A stretch of 19,182 bases of DNA from an uncultured Pseudomonadota bacterium (GTDB lineage: Bacteria; Myxococcota_A; Polyangia; Fen-1088): contig CAWKBC010000033.1 in NCBI GenBank assembly GCA_963847705.1, positions 1 through 19,182 on the forward strand, given 5' to 3'. Both the position numbers and the translations under genes were made by a program. Each line of letters starts with the position of its first letter. The stretch's first letter is position 1. The notes below the pieces were generated by a model. That model saw only the letters and a list, made by a program, of their open reading frames with translations. It was not told the DNA's origin and ran no database searches. Below are positions 17,423-19,182 of the stretch, piece after piece.

Positions 17423-17662
17423 ATGGAGCCCGCGCCCAGCACACCGACGACAGACGCACAGGCGTCGGCGCTCTCCAATTCCTGGGCCGCCTGGGACAAC
17501 TACTACAAGCAGGCCTCTCGGCGTCGGCGGGCATCGGGTGGTAGCCGGCAGATTCGAGAAGAGAAGCGGCGCCGGCGGATCCGCGAGCGGGTCGGTCTGG
17601 CGATCTCGGCGGCCGTCGTCGGCGGCCTGATGCTGATCTTCTATCTGGTCCTCACCCGCTAG
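17423..17662 (+). CDS. 79-aa hypothetical protein, Arg-rich with C-terminal TM helix
   Basis: WAAWDNYYKQ, then a polybasic stretch, then [21 protein letters not shown] at the extreme C-terminus. It overlaps the convergent rdgB end by 11 bp. Confidence 0.6.
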   Translation: MEPAPSTPTTDAQASALSNSWAAWDNYYKQASRRRRASGGSRQIREEKRRRRIRERVGLAISAAVVGGLMLIFYLVLTR

Positions 17663-18296
17663 GCGCCCGCTGCCCGCTTTGGGGCGCAAGCGCGGAGCCG
17701 ACCGCATCGGCGAGCGCGCGGAAGGCCGCGGAGCGGTGCGAAAGGCGGTTCTTCTCCTCCAGCGGTAGCTCGGCCATCGTCCGCCCGACCGTCGGAACGA
17801 AGAACAGCGGGTCGTAGCCGAAGCCGTCCTGGCCCCGCGGCGCCTCGAGGACCTCGCCCTCACAGGCGCCGTCGCGCGCGAGCTCCAGCCCGCGCGTCGG
17901 GTCGACGAATACGGCCACGCAACGGAACCGCGCTCCACGCCGGGCCGGCGGAACGCCACGGAGCGCTTCCAGCAACTTGGCATTGTTGCTGTCGTCGTCG
18001 GCCGCCGGTCCGGCATAGCGGGCCGAGTAGACCCCGGGCGCCCCGTCGAGCGCGTCGACCTCCAGCCCCGAGTCGTCGGCGATGGCGGGAAGGCCGGTGG
18101 CGCGGGCGGCCTGGCGGGCCTTGGCCAGCGCGTTCTCCAGGAAGGTCACGCCGTCCTCCCGCAGCTCCGCGTCGGGCGCCAGCTCGTCGATCGTGCGGAG
18201 CTCGAGCTGGAGGTGAGCGAGCAGCGGCGCGCCCGCCAGGAGGGGAACGATCTCGCGCAGCTTGCCCTTGTTGCGCGTGGCGACGACGACCTTCAC
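17652..18296 (-). CDS. rdgB: Non-canonical purine NTP pyrophosphatase (RdgB/HAM1)
   Basis: GTG start overlapping the rph stop. Motifs [52 protein letters not shown] and KNRLSHR. Confidence 0.96.
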   Translation of the reverse strand: MKVVVATRNKGKLREIVPLLAGAPLLAHLQLELRTIDELAPDAELREDGVTFLENALAKARQAARATGLPAIADDSGLEVDALDGAPGVYSARYAGPAADDDSNNAKLLEALRGVPPARRGARFRCVAVFVDPTRGLELARDGACEGEVLEAPRGQDGFGYDPLFFVPTVGRTMAELPLEEKNRLSHRSAAFRALADAVGSALAPQSGQRAPSG

Positions 18297-19003
18297 GGCC
18301 GCGCGCGTTCGATCGCCTCGCGCTGGCGCGCGAACAGCGTCTTCATCGCCTCCGCCGCCAGCGCCACCAGCGCGCCGTACTGCTCGGCCGAGAACGACCC
18401 TTTCTCGGCGGTGGCCTGAATCTCGACGAACCGACCGTCGCCGGTCATCACGAAGTTGCAGTCGACCTCGGCCTCGGAGTCCTCCACATAGGGGAGATCG
18501 ATTCGGGCCTCGCCCTCGATGATGCCGGCCGAGATGGCCGCCACCGGTTGGCGAACGGGATCTTTGCTGATCTTGCCGGCCTTCTGCAGCCGCCGCACCG
18601 CCAGCGCCAGCGCCACGTAACCGCCCGTGATGGCGGCCGTTCGCGTGCCGCCATCGGCCTGGATGACGTCGCAGTCGATCGTGATCTGCCGCGGGCCGAG
18701 CGCGCGGGGATCGATCGCCGCCCGCAGCGAGCGGCCGATGAGGCGCTGGATCTCCTGCCCGCGGCCGCCGCCGGCGCGACCCGAGCGGGTGTGGGTGGCG
18801 CGTGGGAGCATGGCGTACTCGGCGGTCACCCACCCCTTGCCCTTCCCCTCGAGAAAGCCGGGAACCTTCTCCTCGACCGAGGCCGTGCAGATGACGTGGG
18901 TCTCGCCGAACGCGATCAGCGCCGACCCTTCCGCGTAACGGTTGAAATCCGGCGTGATGGTGATGGGGCGCAGCTCGTCCGTTCGTCGGCCGTCAGGTCG
19001 CAT
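18293..19003 (-). CDS. rph: Ribonuclease PH
   Basis: Motifs [54 protein letters not shown] and EIQATAE; classic rph-rdgB pairing. Confidence 0.97.
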   Translation of the reverse strand: MRPDGRRTDELRPITITPDFNRYAEGSALIAFGETHVICTASVEEKVPGFLEGKGKGWVTAEYAMLPRATHTRSGRAGGGRGQEIQRLIGRSLRAAIDPRALGPRQITIDCDVIQADGGTRTAAITGGYVALALAVRRLQKAGKISKDPVRQPVAAISAGIIEGEARIDLPYVEDSEAEVDCNFVMTGDGRFVEIQATAEKGSFSAEQYGALVALAAEAMKTLFARQREAIERARP

Positions 19004-19182
19004 GGGGCGCGTACTTTACGTCAGGGTGATTTCGTTCGCCGCAGGTTTCCAGATGGCGCACATGTCGTGTACGGGCGGCCCTTGTGCGCAGGCCGAAAAC
19101 TCTAGGAATAGCCGCTCCCGAAAGGCATGCTCTATCCTGAGGATCTTCCCGGTCGGTCCTACTAAAGCGACCCCCCGGGAAC

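Overview
High-GC bacterial chromosomal window, probably Myxococcota (inferred from an MXAN_5187-type C-terminal domain). Housekeeping genes sit at both ends: an MXAN_5187-like gene, a class A PBP and a TrmH-family methylase on the left; a TerB-like gene, rdgB and rph on the right. The centre holds a complete potassium-pump operon (a 27-aa membrane peptide, kdpF, kdpA, kdpB, kdpC) with unusual regulation. There is no KdpE or full-length KdpD. Instead there is an AlgB-like sigma-54 enhancer-binding response regulator, a stand-alone soluble KdpD-N/USP protein and a KinB-like membrane histidine kinase. A -24/-12 sigma-54 promoter and two candidate enhancer sites lie directly upstream of the operon. 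Downstream are a DUF1707/LiaF-like protein, an NhaP-type antiporter, a lipoprotein-type GH6 glycoside hydrolase and two small predicted membrane proteins. Also present are a 3x37-bp tandem hairpin repeat that contains the PBP stop codon, and a recurrent -10 box just upstream of start codons that suggests leaderless transcription. Family assignments come from motif recognition and recall; no database searches were run.
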